Source: Blastocladiella emersonii ATCC 22665 (Eukaryota > Fungi > Blastocladiomycota). From it: 64,000 nt of DNA. The stretch lies in NCBI GenBank assembly GCA_025594325.1, contig JANHCV010000005.1, positions 1,736,001-1,800,000 on the forward strand, in the 5' to 3' direction. A model generated the notes under the pieces. It ran no database searches. It saw only the letters and a list, made by a program, of their open reading frames with translations, and had not been told where the DNA came from. Numbering within the stretch: the stretch's first letter is position 1; each line of letters starts with the position of its first letter. Position numbers and translations under genes: made by a program. Positions 35,491-48,049 of the stretch are shown here, piece by piece.

Positions 35491-36450
35491 CTGCCGAATA
35501 TGATCGTCGCGGCCTTCCGCCTCTGCTTCGCTAGCCCGAGCGCGAGCGAATCTTCAGCCTCGCAAGGAGCTCGCAGCGCTTGTGCGAGGCAAGCGGCCAA
35601 CACTGAGCTAGAAGCGTGTAGTCGGCGCCGCACCTAGCCGAACGGTCGGTTTGCCCGTAATCACGGACAATCGAAATGGATTGACGAGCCCAGGTCTTGT
35701 GCGAATAATGAACTACACTTGATCATCAGTTACCAGTTACTCATCCCCGCCGCGATACACCCCCCCCCCTCCCCCAAAGTAAACTCTGGTTTACCTTCGG
35801 CACGTTATAGCTTGACCGCAATAAAGAGCTCCAGATTTTCGATTTGGTGAGTTGGTTTTTCCTAAAAGTACACAGCGTTCGAATCCGGGCGAGTTGATCA
35901 ATCTGTGGCGCAACGCGTCTCGCACACGGCGCGTGATCCGATCACGCGTTTTCGCGACGCGTCACACCACCTGTCTCCCGCGGTGAGCTTGCACAACGCG
36001 CGCGGATCAAATCGGCACGAAGTATGGCCCAAAACAAGAACGCATAAGCATGAAAAAAAGGTTGCAACCTAGTGAGGGGAGGAGTGGAAGCTGGCACGCT
36101 CGATGCGCGTCCAGGAAGCCCCTTGAGGAAATTCAACTTCGAAGCTTGATCAGGGCTTCGAAACGGGGTCGTCCTGCGCAAGGCCATCGACTAGGATGCC
36201 GCACTTGCCACTTCGACTCCCACTCACCGATTGTGGTCGCGCGACCACAGCAGAGTCGCTTTTGCCTCTGTGAGGATTGTTGAGAGGGTTGGCCTTCGTC
36301 AGTGCTATGGGAGTTCTCGAATACTTGTGTGCGTTTGAACGCGGCAGCCCAAAGAAGAACAAACAATTGATAATTTGAGGCCTTGGTGAAGAGCACCGCG
36401 GGGGGGAGCACGGCGCTGATGGTGTCGAGCCCACACGATTCCCGAGACAA

Positions 36451-36745
36451 CTGTATGATCCGGAAACGGGAGCTTTATTCAGGAGAATGATGGGGGACAA
36501 GATGGAGAGGAAACAAGAGGGAAAAGGAGGGTGAGGAGGCCGCACACACCTGTATGATCCGGAAACGTGAGCTAAAGAGAGCTCACGTCCGCGGCGAGGG
36601 TGCGGCCACCTTTTGAGGGCGACAGGAAACGGGCGGCGAGTCACCAGCTGCGGCCGGGCGCGAACAGCCGTGTTCGCGGTGGTGGGAAATGTGGCGCGAT
36701 CAGCGCTACGCGCGCGCGTGACCCGAGCATCACGCGCGTCGCGCG
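36451..36745 (-). mobile_element. ~295-bp non-autonomous element, copy 1 (internal direct repeat + 9-bp-stem hairpin)
   Basis: Colinear similarity to 54044-54339. Hairpin ACGTGAGCT/AGCTCACGT at 36565-36588; flanks ACAA / ACAT. Confidence 0.7.
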
Positions 36746-37183
36746 ACATTGGTTGAATTAATATAGTAGTTTCGCATTAGCACAGACCACTCGGGAGTAG
36801 AAGCTCATGAGGCTGGTCAGCTCATTGGTCCCTGTAATAGAGTTCTAGTGTGCGTTGCTGGTACACGCTTACCTTGAAAGTAATTCTATACTGCACTCTT
36901 TCAAGCGGAGAAAGTCGTTTGAAGTTGTCCGAGGGCTCCAAAGCGCGAACGGAAACGTGTTGCGCCACACCGTGACCACGGCGAACGCCGATTGGCCGCC
37001 GCGATTCCAGTCGATCAGTTCGCGTCTAGCCATACCTCCCTCGCAACAACGGCTCCAAACCAAGTCAATTTGCAGCGTGTTACTCTTGACGAGTTCACAA
37101 GTTTCACAAGGCATCAAAGGTTGAGGGCTTAAATGTTTATCAATGTTTTTGGGTTTTTCTGTTTTCATGGGTATACAATAACA

Positions 37184-37891
37184 TCACAAGTTCGAAGCCT
37201 TGCGGCACGTCATGCGCGACGTGAGCGACTTCCACGAAGCGGAGATGTGCGACGAGATCTTGCACGACTCGCTCGCAACGCCAGCGTTGACGAGCGTCGT
37301 ATCGGATCCCGACTCGCCCTTGGCCGCAATGTCCGACGGGGACACGGCCGCATCCTCGGGGCTGCGGCGGTGGCCCAGACCGGCCACCCACCGCTTGGTC
37401 TTGGCCGCGAAGCCCGCCTGTTTGCGCTCCTTTTTCTCCTTGCGCGCCTGCTGCTCCTCGAACTGGAGGTCCATCATGAGCTGCATCATCTCGGCGCGGT
37501 ACTTTTGCGTGTCCGACAAGTACAGCGCGAACTGGTTGCTCTGCTCCTTGTCCTTGTCGGTGAGCGTCGCCTCGGGCCACATGCCGCCGATGCGGCGCTT
37601 GAGCGACTTGGCGCCCGTCGAGCAGCGACGCGCGACCTTGGCCGGGGCGGCGGCGACCTTGTGCGCAAGGCCGTGGCCGTCGCGCGGGGCCGAGTGGTGC
37701 TTGTGGCGGCTGCAGCGGGTCGCGGGGAAGACGGCGAGGGGCTGACCGTCGAGCGTGTACGTGTAGCCGGTGCGGCCGCTCGTCGTCGGCGGCGAGTAGG
37801 CGGCGATAACACTGTACGTGGTGGCCTCGACAGTGGGGGTCGAGGCGAGGATGAATTCCTGGGTGGTGTTGAAAATGGTCGAGGTGGCCAT
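37184..37891 (-). CDS. Orphan protein (235 aa) with a charged helical segment
   Basis: Uninterrupted ORF with GC3-rich codons and a caccATG start. No family recognised. Confidence 0.55.
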   Translation of the reverse strand: MATSTIFNTTQEFILASTPTVEATTYSVIAAYSPPTTSGRTGYTYTLDGQPLAVFPATRCSRHKHHSAPRDGHGLAHKVAAAPAKVARRCSTGAKSLKRRIGGMWPEATLTDKDKEQSNQFALYLSDTQKYRAEMMQLMMDLQFEEQQARKEKKERKQAGFAAKTKRWVAGLGHRRSPEDAAVSPSDIAAKGESGSDTTLVNAGVASESCKISSHISASWKSLTSRMTCRKASNL

Positions 37892-38595
37892 GGTGTCGAT
37901 GTCTTGACTACGTGGCGGATTGAAGAGTCAGGAGCGCCCTTAAAGTAACTGAGCGAGGAGATGCATACATGTTGAGGTCTTGCTTATCGGTGAGGAGACA
38001 GAGCGCGGCTTGCGGGGCGGCCCACGGCTTTTGTAGGCTCCAGAGTGCATACCAAAAGGCCTGCAGAGCGAGACCTCATGCATACACCCAACTCACCTGA
38101 GCTCATGGTCGACGCCACGACGCGTAATTTTATCACGTGAGGTGCGAGACACTCCGTGAGACGCGTTTCAAGTCTTTGGATGAACGCCGCCGCACTCCTT
38201 CTCTCCCTGCATTCATCACTCATGACTTGATGCAAACTGACTTTGACATGTCAAGATCCCCTCGTGCACCTCCCCGAGTTGGTCCGCCGGCGTTCCTCAA
38301 CCCGCGTTGACGACGCGCGATCCCCGACCTCCGACCTCGGCGCGTCCGCGAGCTGAATGTAAAGTCTCGCGGGACACGTTGCCGCGCCCGAAAACATGGG
38401 AACGCGCTGCGGATGCTGGGGGATAGGCCTTGTCCACGTCCTGTTCATCTTGCCTATCCAGATCGGCGCGGTTCGCGAAAGGTCTCATCGGGCGCGCCGA
38501 CCGTAGAAGAGGCCTCCGCACTCGCCCCCCCCCCCCGTACCCGCACGCGCTTCGGACACGAGTCGCCATAGACGTTCACCTCACACACCATCACC

Positions 38596-39965
38596 ATATC
38601 CGCTACGCGCTTCACGCTCGGGCCCGCCCCCTTCACGACGCGCACGTTTGTGGGCCGCCCCGCCGTCGGCAAGGTCGGCACGCCCGTCCGCGTCGTCGCC
38701 AACCACTACGCGCTCTCGCTGCTCAACAACATCACCGTGCACCACTACGACGTGGTCATCTCGCCCGAGCCGACCAAGTCGCTCGCGCGCAAGGTGTGGG
38801 CCGAGTGGGAGCGCGCTCACGGCGCCAAGCTCGGCGTCATGGCCGCCTACGACGGCGTCAAGAACCTGTTCGCGCCCAAGCCGCTCCCGCAGGACCACAT
38901 GCAGTTCGACGTTGTGCTGCCCGCCACGACCGAAGGCAAGCGCGCCAAGGAGTTCAAGATGACCGTCAAGCTCGCCTCGACCATCAACCGTACGCTCTCT
39001 CTCTCCCTGCGCTCGTCCTCGCCGATCCGCTACTGACTCGTTTTGCGCGTGTAGTGAGCGAGCTGACCTCGTTCCTCGCCAAGCACACCTCGCTGCCCAA
39101 CAACGTCCTGACCTCGATCATGGCGCTCGACGTCGTGTTCCGCAGTCGCCTCTAAAGCGCATGCTGGTACGCTATCTTCGCTTGCCTCCGTGTCAGAAAC
39201 CGACTCTGACACCGCCCATTCTCTAGCCCGCTGGCCGGTCGTTCTTCGACCCGACGTCGCGCCCTGTCGACCTCGGCGGCGGCCTCAACCTGCTGTCGGG
39301 CCTGTTCATGTCGGTGCGCCCGGGCGTCGGCACCATGACGCTCAACACCGACACGGCGTATACGGCCTTCTACAAGCCGCTGCCCATGGTCGAGTTTGCG
39401 CGCGAGGTGCTCGGCCGCGCCATGCCGCCCGCCACCCAGGAGCTCATGCCGCGCGACCTGATCCGCCTCGAGAAGATGGTCCGCCTGCTCGTCGTCACGG
39501 CCAAGCACCGCGGCGCGCTCAACCCGCGGTCCCGCGTGCTCAAGCTCACGCGCACATCGGCCGCCAAGACCAAGTTCACGCTATCGCCGCCCGCGCCGCC
39601 CGCCGAGGGTGCCGCGGCGGCGGCGCCCGCTGGTGCTACGGGCTCGCCGGCCAAGGGCGGCAAGAAGGGCGCCGCCGGCAAGGCCGCAGCTGGTCTTCTC
39701 TCCAGTCACTTGACGAGGCCATGGGCGCCGCGGACCTCGCGGGCCCGCAGCGCGGGTGGCTCACAACGTGCAAGCGCACCTCGTCTCTGCGCACAGAGAC
39801 CGCTGCACCAGACATCCGCGAAGCAGTACAGGATCGGCCGCACCGTCGGCAACTTCCTGCTCAAGCACGGCGACCGCCTCGAGTCTTTCGTCACGGCCAC
39901 CACGACCAGCTATCGCCTTCTCGACGCTAATCCATTTTTTTTTGAGAAAACCATGTATACACATG
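38596..39965 (+). pseudogene. AGO: Argonaute pseudogene: N, L1 and start of PAZ plus the extreme C-terminus, with a large internal deletion
   Basis: GTPVRVVANHY..HHYDVVISP..AAYDGVKNLF (N domain); GGGLNLLSGLFMSVRPG..TLNTD..AFY (L1); AHLVSA and EKTMY (PIWI end). Two introns are retained, the start reads ATA, and there is an in-frame TAA and a frameshift. Confidence 0.85.
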
Positions 39966-41965
39966 GGCCTTTTGTAGAGCAGACCGGAGAGTCAAAGCTA
40001 TGAAACAGAGGAACCGGAGCCGAACCATGCCATCGCGGGTCAGGAGTACTACGATACAGGTCCGATTCGCCTACGTCGCGGCCGCAGCAATCGCGCACCC
40101 GCCCGGCGGCCATGCCGAGCACCTACTTTCAGGGCAGGTCCTCGTTTGCTCTTGATTTTGGTGTTCAGCTCGGCCATGATGTGCAAAATCAGACCGAAAT
40201 GCTCTAGGCAAGGACTCCTTCGAGAGGAGAGATGTTCAGTACAGCGAGAACAAGCGTAATTTCGGTTGGAGGGCTGTCCGGTGTTATCAAGGCGAGGGGG
40301 CTGGGCAGGCCGCGGGACGTTCGCCAGCTCGGACGGCCACGTTCGGCGTAGCGTCAGCAACGAGCACGCGGTGCCATGAGAGAATGGCGGTCGAGAGGAT
40401 TCACGCTATTTGAAGCCGACGTAGCGGAAGCGGTCCCGCCACACGAAGCAATTAAAAACTTGTCGCAAACGTCCGAGGAGCGGGTGTTGATGCGGTCGGC
40501 AGTCAAGCTAAGGCAGTTTAGAGCGTTTGCGATGAGAAGAAGGCCGAGTCGCTGGGACAGCGGGGAGCCTCGCTGGGGGCGGCGAAGGGGTCCGAGTCGG
40601 CGCCGGAAGGACGCGGGGATGAGGCACCTAGTCTTCATTGGATCCATGGCTATCATAGCATTGCATCAAGTCGTACTCCGCGAAACGGTATGGTGTAAGC
40701 GTCGACGAGAGCGAGCGACCGGACAAGCGACCGCCGATGCCGAAGCCGCCTTCGGGGCGATCACGCGGCCGTGTTCCACGCGTCGCGACGCGCGCGCGCG
40801 CACCTGCTCCTCAACCGCGAAGGTTGTGAGGCCGGGAGCGCGAGTAATGGCGTCGAGGCAGCGGAAGTGAATCATGGAGCAATCGACGAGGTCGGGTGTG
40901 GAGTACAGGATGCCGAGCACCGGAAGCAGTCGGGGCACACTCAACGATGAGGTGGCGGTCGATCCCAATGGCGGACGCGGTCCGTGCTCGGAATGCAGTC
41001 GGGCACACACGCACAATAAAGGGCGCCGTCGGTTGTTGGATGAGGGGCTCAACCGCGGGCGTGGACGCCCAGCGCGAACTTGGTCCCGTGCTGGTGTCTC
41101 GGAACGCGACCACGCGGCGACGGTCACCATGAGAGTGCGCTTACGGGCAGCCAAGTTTGATGCGCTCGATGAGCTGTTGTGGTCGAGCAGGCGAGAAGGG
41201 GCCTGAGAAGGTGCGGCCGGTCGACGTACGCGGGCCGACCAACGCGGCGAGCGAGACCGCACGCGCGCACTGCCAGCCCAAACCACACTTCCACTGGCCG
41301 CCCCGCGCTGCCGGCGGTGGCGAGCTGGGCCAGCTCACGGTCAGCTTGCACCGAGTCGCGCCATCCATCAAAAGACTGCATTCCGTGATCCATGGTCGGC
41401 CGGCAGCCGCGGCGACTGCGCGCTGCTGTGACTCGACGCCGGTCACGGCGGCCGCCCGGCCCGCGCTTGCGGCGTCGAGTCTCATCGAGTGCATGCAAGT
41501 GGCATCGATACATGATCAAGCGCTGGGTGCGATGCGGGAGGGCGAGGAGGTGGGGGACACGGCCGCCGACCTGGCCTTGGCCCTTCGCCGCGACCTCACG
41601 TGCGCTGAATACCACGCTACCGCGCTCGAGCATCCAGCCATACTCGCTTCTGCCCGACACCATCTACGACGCCTCCCACCCGTCTCGCACTTGATGCAGC
41701 TACTGGCCCATTCGCTCTGAATCGTGGCCGCCCGCGGCACGGCGCCCCGCGGTCCGCGCTGAGCAGTACGACGTTGCTCTCTCCTCTTGCACACTCGTCG
41801 ACGAACTCAAGTATTCATCGCCTCGCTGCCCCCGTCGCCACCCACCGCTACGCACCTCGCCGTAGCCGTACACCCGGTATCCTGCCGCCGCTCGCCGCAG
41901 ACCCCGTCCTCGACAGTACCACGTCGCCATCGAGTCGACCGACCTGTCCAAGACCCACCGCAACC

Positions 41966-43830
41966 ATGGATCTCTTCATGATCCTGTGTGCGCTCGCCCT
42001 CGCGGCCATCATCGGCCTCAGCGCCGTCGTGCTCGCCGGGTCCAACTTTGCCGTGCCCGCCACCGCCACCGCCTGCTCGTCCTCGGACCTCATCATCGCG
42101 TCGACCGCCACGCGCAACCTCGCCACCCGCAAATTCGCCACCGTCAACCTGTACTCTGTCTCGGCCACGACCACGGTCGCCATCGCCTCGCTGCTCGCCA
42201 AGCCCTCGCGCATCCACGGCTACTACTCGCTGCTCATCACCACGGCCGTCTCGCACTACCACGCGGACCACCTGGCCGCCGTCTTCACCAACTTCGCGTC
42301 GCGTCTCTTCGCCATGCACCTGCTCCCGTCCATCGACTCGATCTTCGCCACACTCGCCCGGCGCCCGGTCGCCAAGCTCGTGTTCCGCTTCGACTTCTTC
42401 ATCTCCACGCACCCTGGCTGGCTCCAGGCCCACGGCATCGCCACCCTCTCGCTCGCCGAGTACCGCAACTCGCGCTCGGCGTACTTTCACGGCGGTCTCC
42501 TGCACCTGCGCGTCTCGGCCACCGCCATCGTAATCTTCTGCTCGCACGCGACCGTCTGCCTCTACTCGATCACGTTCACCGGCACCAACATCGTCTTCGG
42601 CATCTCCGACGACGGCAGCCTGTACCTTATCAACCTGATCGGCTGCAAGCCGGCATCCTCCAACCTCATCGCCGCCTGCCCTACAACACTTCTCGGCAAC
42701 ACCTTCTCGGTACTATATCGTTTGATACTAGACATGTGCGGGCAATCGCTCACCCCTGCTCTCCGTGTAGTCTCCCGCGCCTCGTGCGCTCACGATCCTG
42801 TCGCGGTCCATCTCTGCCGGCTCGCTCGGCATGGCCGCCGACCTGTCCCGCGACCTCGTTCCCGTGCGCAAGTCGCGCTCGGCCAGCATGGTCGCCATGT
42901 ACCCGATCAACGACGAGCTCAAGATCTCGGTCGAGTCGGGCGAGGCCGTCCACTCGGCCCTCAGCGACACGTGCAACAGCGTGTCCTCCGTCGCCGCCAA
43001 CACGAGCGCCCGCGCATTCCACCTCGGTCCCCACGAGGATACGATCGAGCGCGATATTCCGTCCGACATGGCCGTCAAGTCGGCGTTTGGCGAGGTCGAC
43101 TTCCCGGCCCCACTCGCCGCCGCGATCGACGAGCCGGCCAAGCAGCAGCAGCAGGTCGCGGCGCAGACCACCGCCGCCGACGTCAAGAAGCCGGCCCAGC
43201 CCGCGCTCGTCAAGGTGGACTCGGGCGTCAAGGTCGACGCCGCCACCATGCCGCCCGCCGCGGCAACTACGACTGCCACCAAGCCCGGCGTCCTCGCCGC
43301 CATCATCAAGCCCGCGCCGACCGTATCGGTTACGGGCCACGACAAGTCGACCATCGCGGTCGAGTTCTGCGGCATCTCGGTACGCTCCCCTCTTACGCGT
43401 CCACAAAATTCGACTCTGACGCTCGTACCGCCGAAACCCGTAGCATGTTCCGCACAAGCGCTCCTCGGCGCCCGTGCGCCTCGCCAAGGGCATCCTCAAC
43501 CGTCTCGGCCTGCGCACCAGCAGCGCCAAGGCCGCCGCCGAACCTGCTCAGCAGTCGGCCGTCGTCGGCTCCAAGTCAAACACTTTGGTGCGTTCTGCGG
43601 TTCTCGCCTCGTCCGTGTCCATCGTTCGGCTGACTCGCGCAACTGTGTAGATCCATACCATCAAATCCGTCAAGTCGGTCCATCACCATCACCAGCAGCC
43701 GCGCGAGCTGGCCTCGTCGCGCGTGTCCGTCAAGTCGGTGCCCTCGCGGGTCGAGCACCACACCGACGCGGCACGGGTACGCGTTCCCTCTTCGGTCGTC
43801 CTGAAAACCTGTCCGACGTGTACTGACATG
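41966..43830 (+). CDS. Multi-exon orphan: N-terminal signal/TM segment, hydrophobic first exon containing SHYHADH, low-complexity C-terminus (3' end uncertain)
   Basis: caaccATG start and GC3-rich codons. GT..GTAG introns near 42710, 43380 and 43590 keep the frame open. Confidence 0.5.
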
Positions 43831-44049
43831 CGGGCTCCAGTTCTTCCCGACGCGCATCCAGTGCTAGCTAGCGCCTCGGTCAGAGCATTGTCGTCGCGGG
43901 CGTGAGTGCACCACGTCCGCGGCGCGTGCCGTCGGCCACCTGGCCATCACCGAAAATCAACAACACAAACCGCGCGGGTGCGGTTCAACAAAGTCTCAAA
44001 GGGCGTGGGAGAGAGTGTAAATAGTAATCATAGAGCGAGGCGAGAGTGT

Positions 44050-45130
44050 ATAGAGAATGGTCATGAGCTGGATTAGGGCTGCGCCATGGGAAGCTGGGCC
44101 ACGATGGCCGCGACGACCGACGTGAGCACCGTGGTCGGCATCTATTCAAGCGAGTGCCTACGCAATAAGTGACATACGACGCCCAAGGTGTTGAGAGTTC
44201 CCGAAGCGTCGGTATCAAGCGAGAATCCAGTGCGGTCATGCCGATTCCTAAAAGGTTGGCGGACAAACTGGGCCTCGTATGATGAGGCGGACGAAGCGGT
44301 ACGCGATGCAAGCAGCGGCAAGTAACCGTGGAAGCCGAGCTCGTGGGACTCATGATCGAGCTAGTTGCCAGCACGTCAGCGAAGCGCAATATCAATGGTC
44401 TCAAGCAAGCCGAGCCGAACTGGCGGCTGAGTCCGTCAGCGAAGCTGTCACGGGTCAGTGGAAAGCATACTTGAGCGCGAGAATAGGCAAACTGGCTGTT
44501 TCGTGGGAGCGTATGCAGCGAAGAGTACTGACAGTGCGAGCACCAAACAGCGATTCCCGCGGGAAGGTCAAAATGCTTGGGAAAGGCCGCAAGCGTGAAA
44601 TCGATGGGGTGGCTCAGTCCGGCCCGTCGCCGTCGCTCCGAGCCTGACGTGAAGAAGAGTCGATAGCATGTGTGAAGGCGTGGGTAGTTAAGTGACCGGA
44701 CACAGCGGCACCGGACCCGTTCCTGCAAGAGTGGAGCGTCGAGCCCGTCAAGCTGGACCCGGTCAAACACGCAGCGCGCAGGAGATGCGAAGAGCGAGCA
44801 GCGGTGGTTCCAAACAGTCTTTTCCGGGATCGGGATGATCGTTTCCCGTCGGCGAGTGCGCTAGGTGGTCGTCGTTGAAAGTGGCTCAAGCGGCAGGCAC
44901 AGCATCGACTTGCATGAGGGTCGCAGCTGCTGTTAGAGCGGACTGATGCACGGATCCGCTGATCAAAAGGACTCGATCGCCTCTCGAGCTACGGAACCAA
45001 GGCACGTCGAAGCGGGGCAGAGAGTGGCGAGCGGTTCAGCCAGCGCAAGGACCAGGTCAACGACGCCGGACGGAAAACTCGCAAGCGTGAGCGGTGGAGG
45101 ATCAGCCTCGCTTTGCATCATGTCTATCAT
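44050..45130 (-). pseudogene. Second F-box-like paralog, heavily decayed
   Basis: PPLTLASFPSGVVDLVLALAEPLATLCPASTCL matches PPTLASLPPEILEQVLTLAAPCATLCTASACL at 19948. An early stop follows. Confidence 0.55.
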
Positions 45131-45305
45131 GGCAGTTCGCTGGGGATGGTGGGAGGATGAGGAGGATCGCCTCGGTGCCCAGTTGGCGGGCCGGACGTGG
45201 TCGGCTCGTGGGGAGCGCCGCACGCGCACACCCGAACAAGTCACCGCGATGCGACGCTCCCGCCGCTTCCGCTCCTTGTCGACTGCTCGCAAGCAATGGG
45301 AACCA

Positions 45306-45906
45306 ATGGAGGCAGGACTTCACTTGCTGCATATCGTCGAGCGAACGCTTTGCCATGTCGTGGCGGCGCACGACGACCCGAACGACTTGCGCGGGCTCGC
45401 CGAGTACGCGCGGGTCATTGGGCGTGCCGACGTCCCGCACGTCACGCGCACCATCCTACGACGCTGTCCGCTGCTCTCCATGGACGAAGCAAGCGCTCGC
45501 GAACACGTTGCTGCACTCGACTTGTGGCGTCAATCGGGTCTTCCCTTGAGTTATTACGACAGCGTACCCAACGCCATCCTGCAGCGAGCGGACAACCCGA
45601 ACCGCCGCGAACTTGTCCTCGACATTGCCCAGCTTCCTCGAATCCGCAGAGTTTGGGCTTCTCGGGTTGGGTCGGACCGACGCCGATCTGGAGTGCTTGG
45701 ATTTGTTCTCTTGCGCCGTGCACGTGTTAGCCCTGGCCGAGAACCCGATCTCGGATGCCTACCTTGCTTTACTCCTCAACTTCATCGGTCGTCAAACGAA
45801 CTTGATCAAACCGTGCATCAGCAATACTCTACTCACTCCCGACGCAATCCGCACGCTCGATGATGCGGCAACTGAGAACGAGCGCTTTGAAATGATTCCG
45901 TCGTGA
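45306..45906 (+). pseudogene. Ankyrin-like / LRR-like repeat gene relic
   Basis: MDEASAREHVAALDLWRQSGLPLSY resembles the MD.AS..GHV.VLDWW..SGL.L.Y repeat I recall from Blastocladiomycota expanded families. A shifted frame gives LRR-like LALAENPISD. Confidence 0.45.
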
Positions 45907-46084
45907 GAGGAGCTGAATATGAACGAGTGAATTGAGCAGGCAACGAAATCAAACGCTCGAATCACGACCAGGATCGTGCTCAAGCTTTCGGCGCCTCTAG
46001 TTTTTCCTGCCCCTCAGTGGCAGATTGTTGACCGTCGCAAACAATGAGGAAGACGAGGGTACATGTATGTAAATGCAAAGGCCA

Positions 46085-47353
46085 TCAAAATCCATTGCGG
46101 CTGAGCGCGATCAGGTAGTACATGACCACCAGCGAGTCCCGGTTGAGCTCGTCCACCTCGCGGTTGGACATGACCGCGGGCTTCTCCCAGTCGTTGTGCT
46201 TCGAGTCGTGGACATCGACGCCCGCCAGGTGCTGCACCGCCAGCGCCGCAAGCGCACGCGCCGTGAAGCCCTGGCCGCCCGACCCCTCGAGCCGCACCAG
46301 CGAGTCATGGACGCGGCCCATGTACCGCACGTAGTCCTTGAAGTCGGCCGCGTGCTGTTGCGTGTAGAAGATGGCAATGTGCGGCTTGATCGGGTCGTGC
46401 CGGAAGAAGCCCGTGATCATTCCGTCGAGCTTCTTGATGGCCGACCGCATGGACGGCGTAAGCGTCTCGCGGGGCACCTCGCGCGGGAGCGTCGCGTCGT
46501 TCTTGGCGTCGAGGCGAAGCGCAACATAGTTGCCGAGTTCGCGATTCTCGGTGCGGATCAGGTGCGCGATGTGCTTGACGGTGATGCCGTTCAGCGACTG
46601 GCGGCACCGGAACTCGCCAACCTCGGGACGCAGGTGGTCGACGAGCAGCCCGGGGATGTGGCGCTCGAGATGGACGTGCGTCTCGTACTGCCACGACGGC
46701 TTCTCGCCGTCGCGCGGGAGGTACACCGCCGACCCGAGCTCCTGATCCGCTCAACGAGGGCCGCAAACGCCGGGGCACGCGAGCGGGTCGCCCTTGCGCG
46801 CCATGGAGTCGAGGGTCGCAGCGACGCCGGTCAGCGGGGCGGCCGGCTGCTGCTGTTGGTGGCTGCTACGGCGACTGCACAGGTTGCGGAACCGCGCAGC
46901 CGCGATGGTACCGGCGGCGGGAACGGTGAGGGCGGCGCGGCGAACGGCACACGAGGCCGACTGCGCCGCGTGGCGAACCGCGGCAGCCGCCGCATGCGCG
47001 CGCGCGCCGGCCTTGGCGGCGGCGGCCTTGGGGCCCGACGACGCCGACGCGCAGTGGATGCGCTCGGTCGAGGCGGACGGGGTGGAAGCCACGATGCCCG
47101 AGTCGGCGAGGTTGCCGACGTGCGCGAACGGAAGTGGCTGGGGCCGAGTCTCGGTCGAGGTGGCCATGGCGGGATGGCCGGCCGAGACGGGGCGAGTAGG
47201 TGCAACTGCATCGGAGGCGGCAGCCGAGTCCTTGGAGAGAACATGGGCCGCCATCGGAGCAGTGCGAGTCGGCGACGAGAAAACGTTCTTGCGCGCGCGG
47301 GTACCGGTCGGGAACGACGACGAGACCATGGAGAGCTTGGCGAGGAGCGACAT
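46085..47353 (-). pseudogene. ~420-codon gene of unknown function broken by one in-frame TGA (46751-46753)
   Basis: The ORF from ATG 47353 and ORF 46085-46726 are in the same frame (CGPR*ADQELGSAVYLPRD). The C-terminal half has strong coding-like codon bias. Confidence 0.6.
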
Positions 47354-48049
47354 GGTGGCGGTGGTACGAGGTGCGCGGGTGCAAACGTGTGTGGTACGTC
47401 GTGCGGGAAGCTTGTACGAGACTGTACAAGGGGGTACTCGGGGAAGCTTGCGTGTTGAAAGCGAACTTGGGAGTACCGGGTAACCAAGGCGGGGCAAGGT
47501 CGAGAGAACGAGAGGAGGGCACCGGGGCGGGCTCGAGCATTTGTAGGGTTCCCTCTCGGTCGAGGCTGGCCGCAGCGGACATGCATACACACTCTCGACT
47601 GGCTTGCCCTACATCCCACTCGTTGTCTCGAGCCTGCTAATGATGCAGCAAGGGCTTCTCTCCTTCGCCGTTCGGCTCAAGAGACCTCTGGTCATGTCGA
47701 GGTATTCCTCTCAAAAGGTTCATATTCTTCACGCAAGCAGCTGGCGCTCAGAGTAGTGGAGCCGCACAGCGCTTCTGCCCGGATCGCTCCACTCCTCTGT
47801 ACTCCGTTAGCTTCGGTGAGGTGTGAGCCAGTGTGAGCGAGCAGCATGGTCTACTCAGTGCGAGACACTTTGATATGGGCGAGGTGAAGACGCGTAGTGG
47901 CTTGCGCCCCAGTCACGCGGCGGGTGCGAGACACTTTTCACTCCATCCCTCTTTGCGCTCGATCGAGTGCTTTGAGCAGCGTGGCGACTGCTCCGGCGTT
48001 CGTGGTCAATACCAATGTATTCGTAATCCATCCACCATCGCCAAAGCAT

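Noticed and set aside
36452-36748. Solo LTR (TG...CA ends)
   Set aside because: The second copy does not begin with TG, and there is no matching 4-6-bp duplication outside TG...CA.
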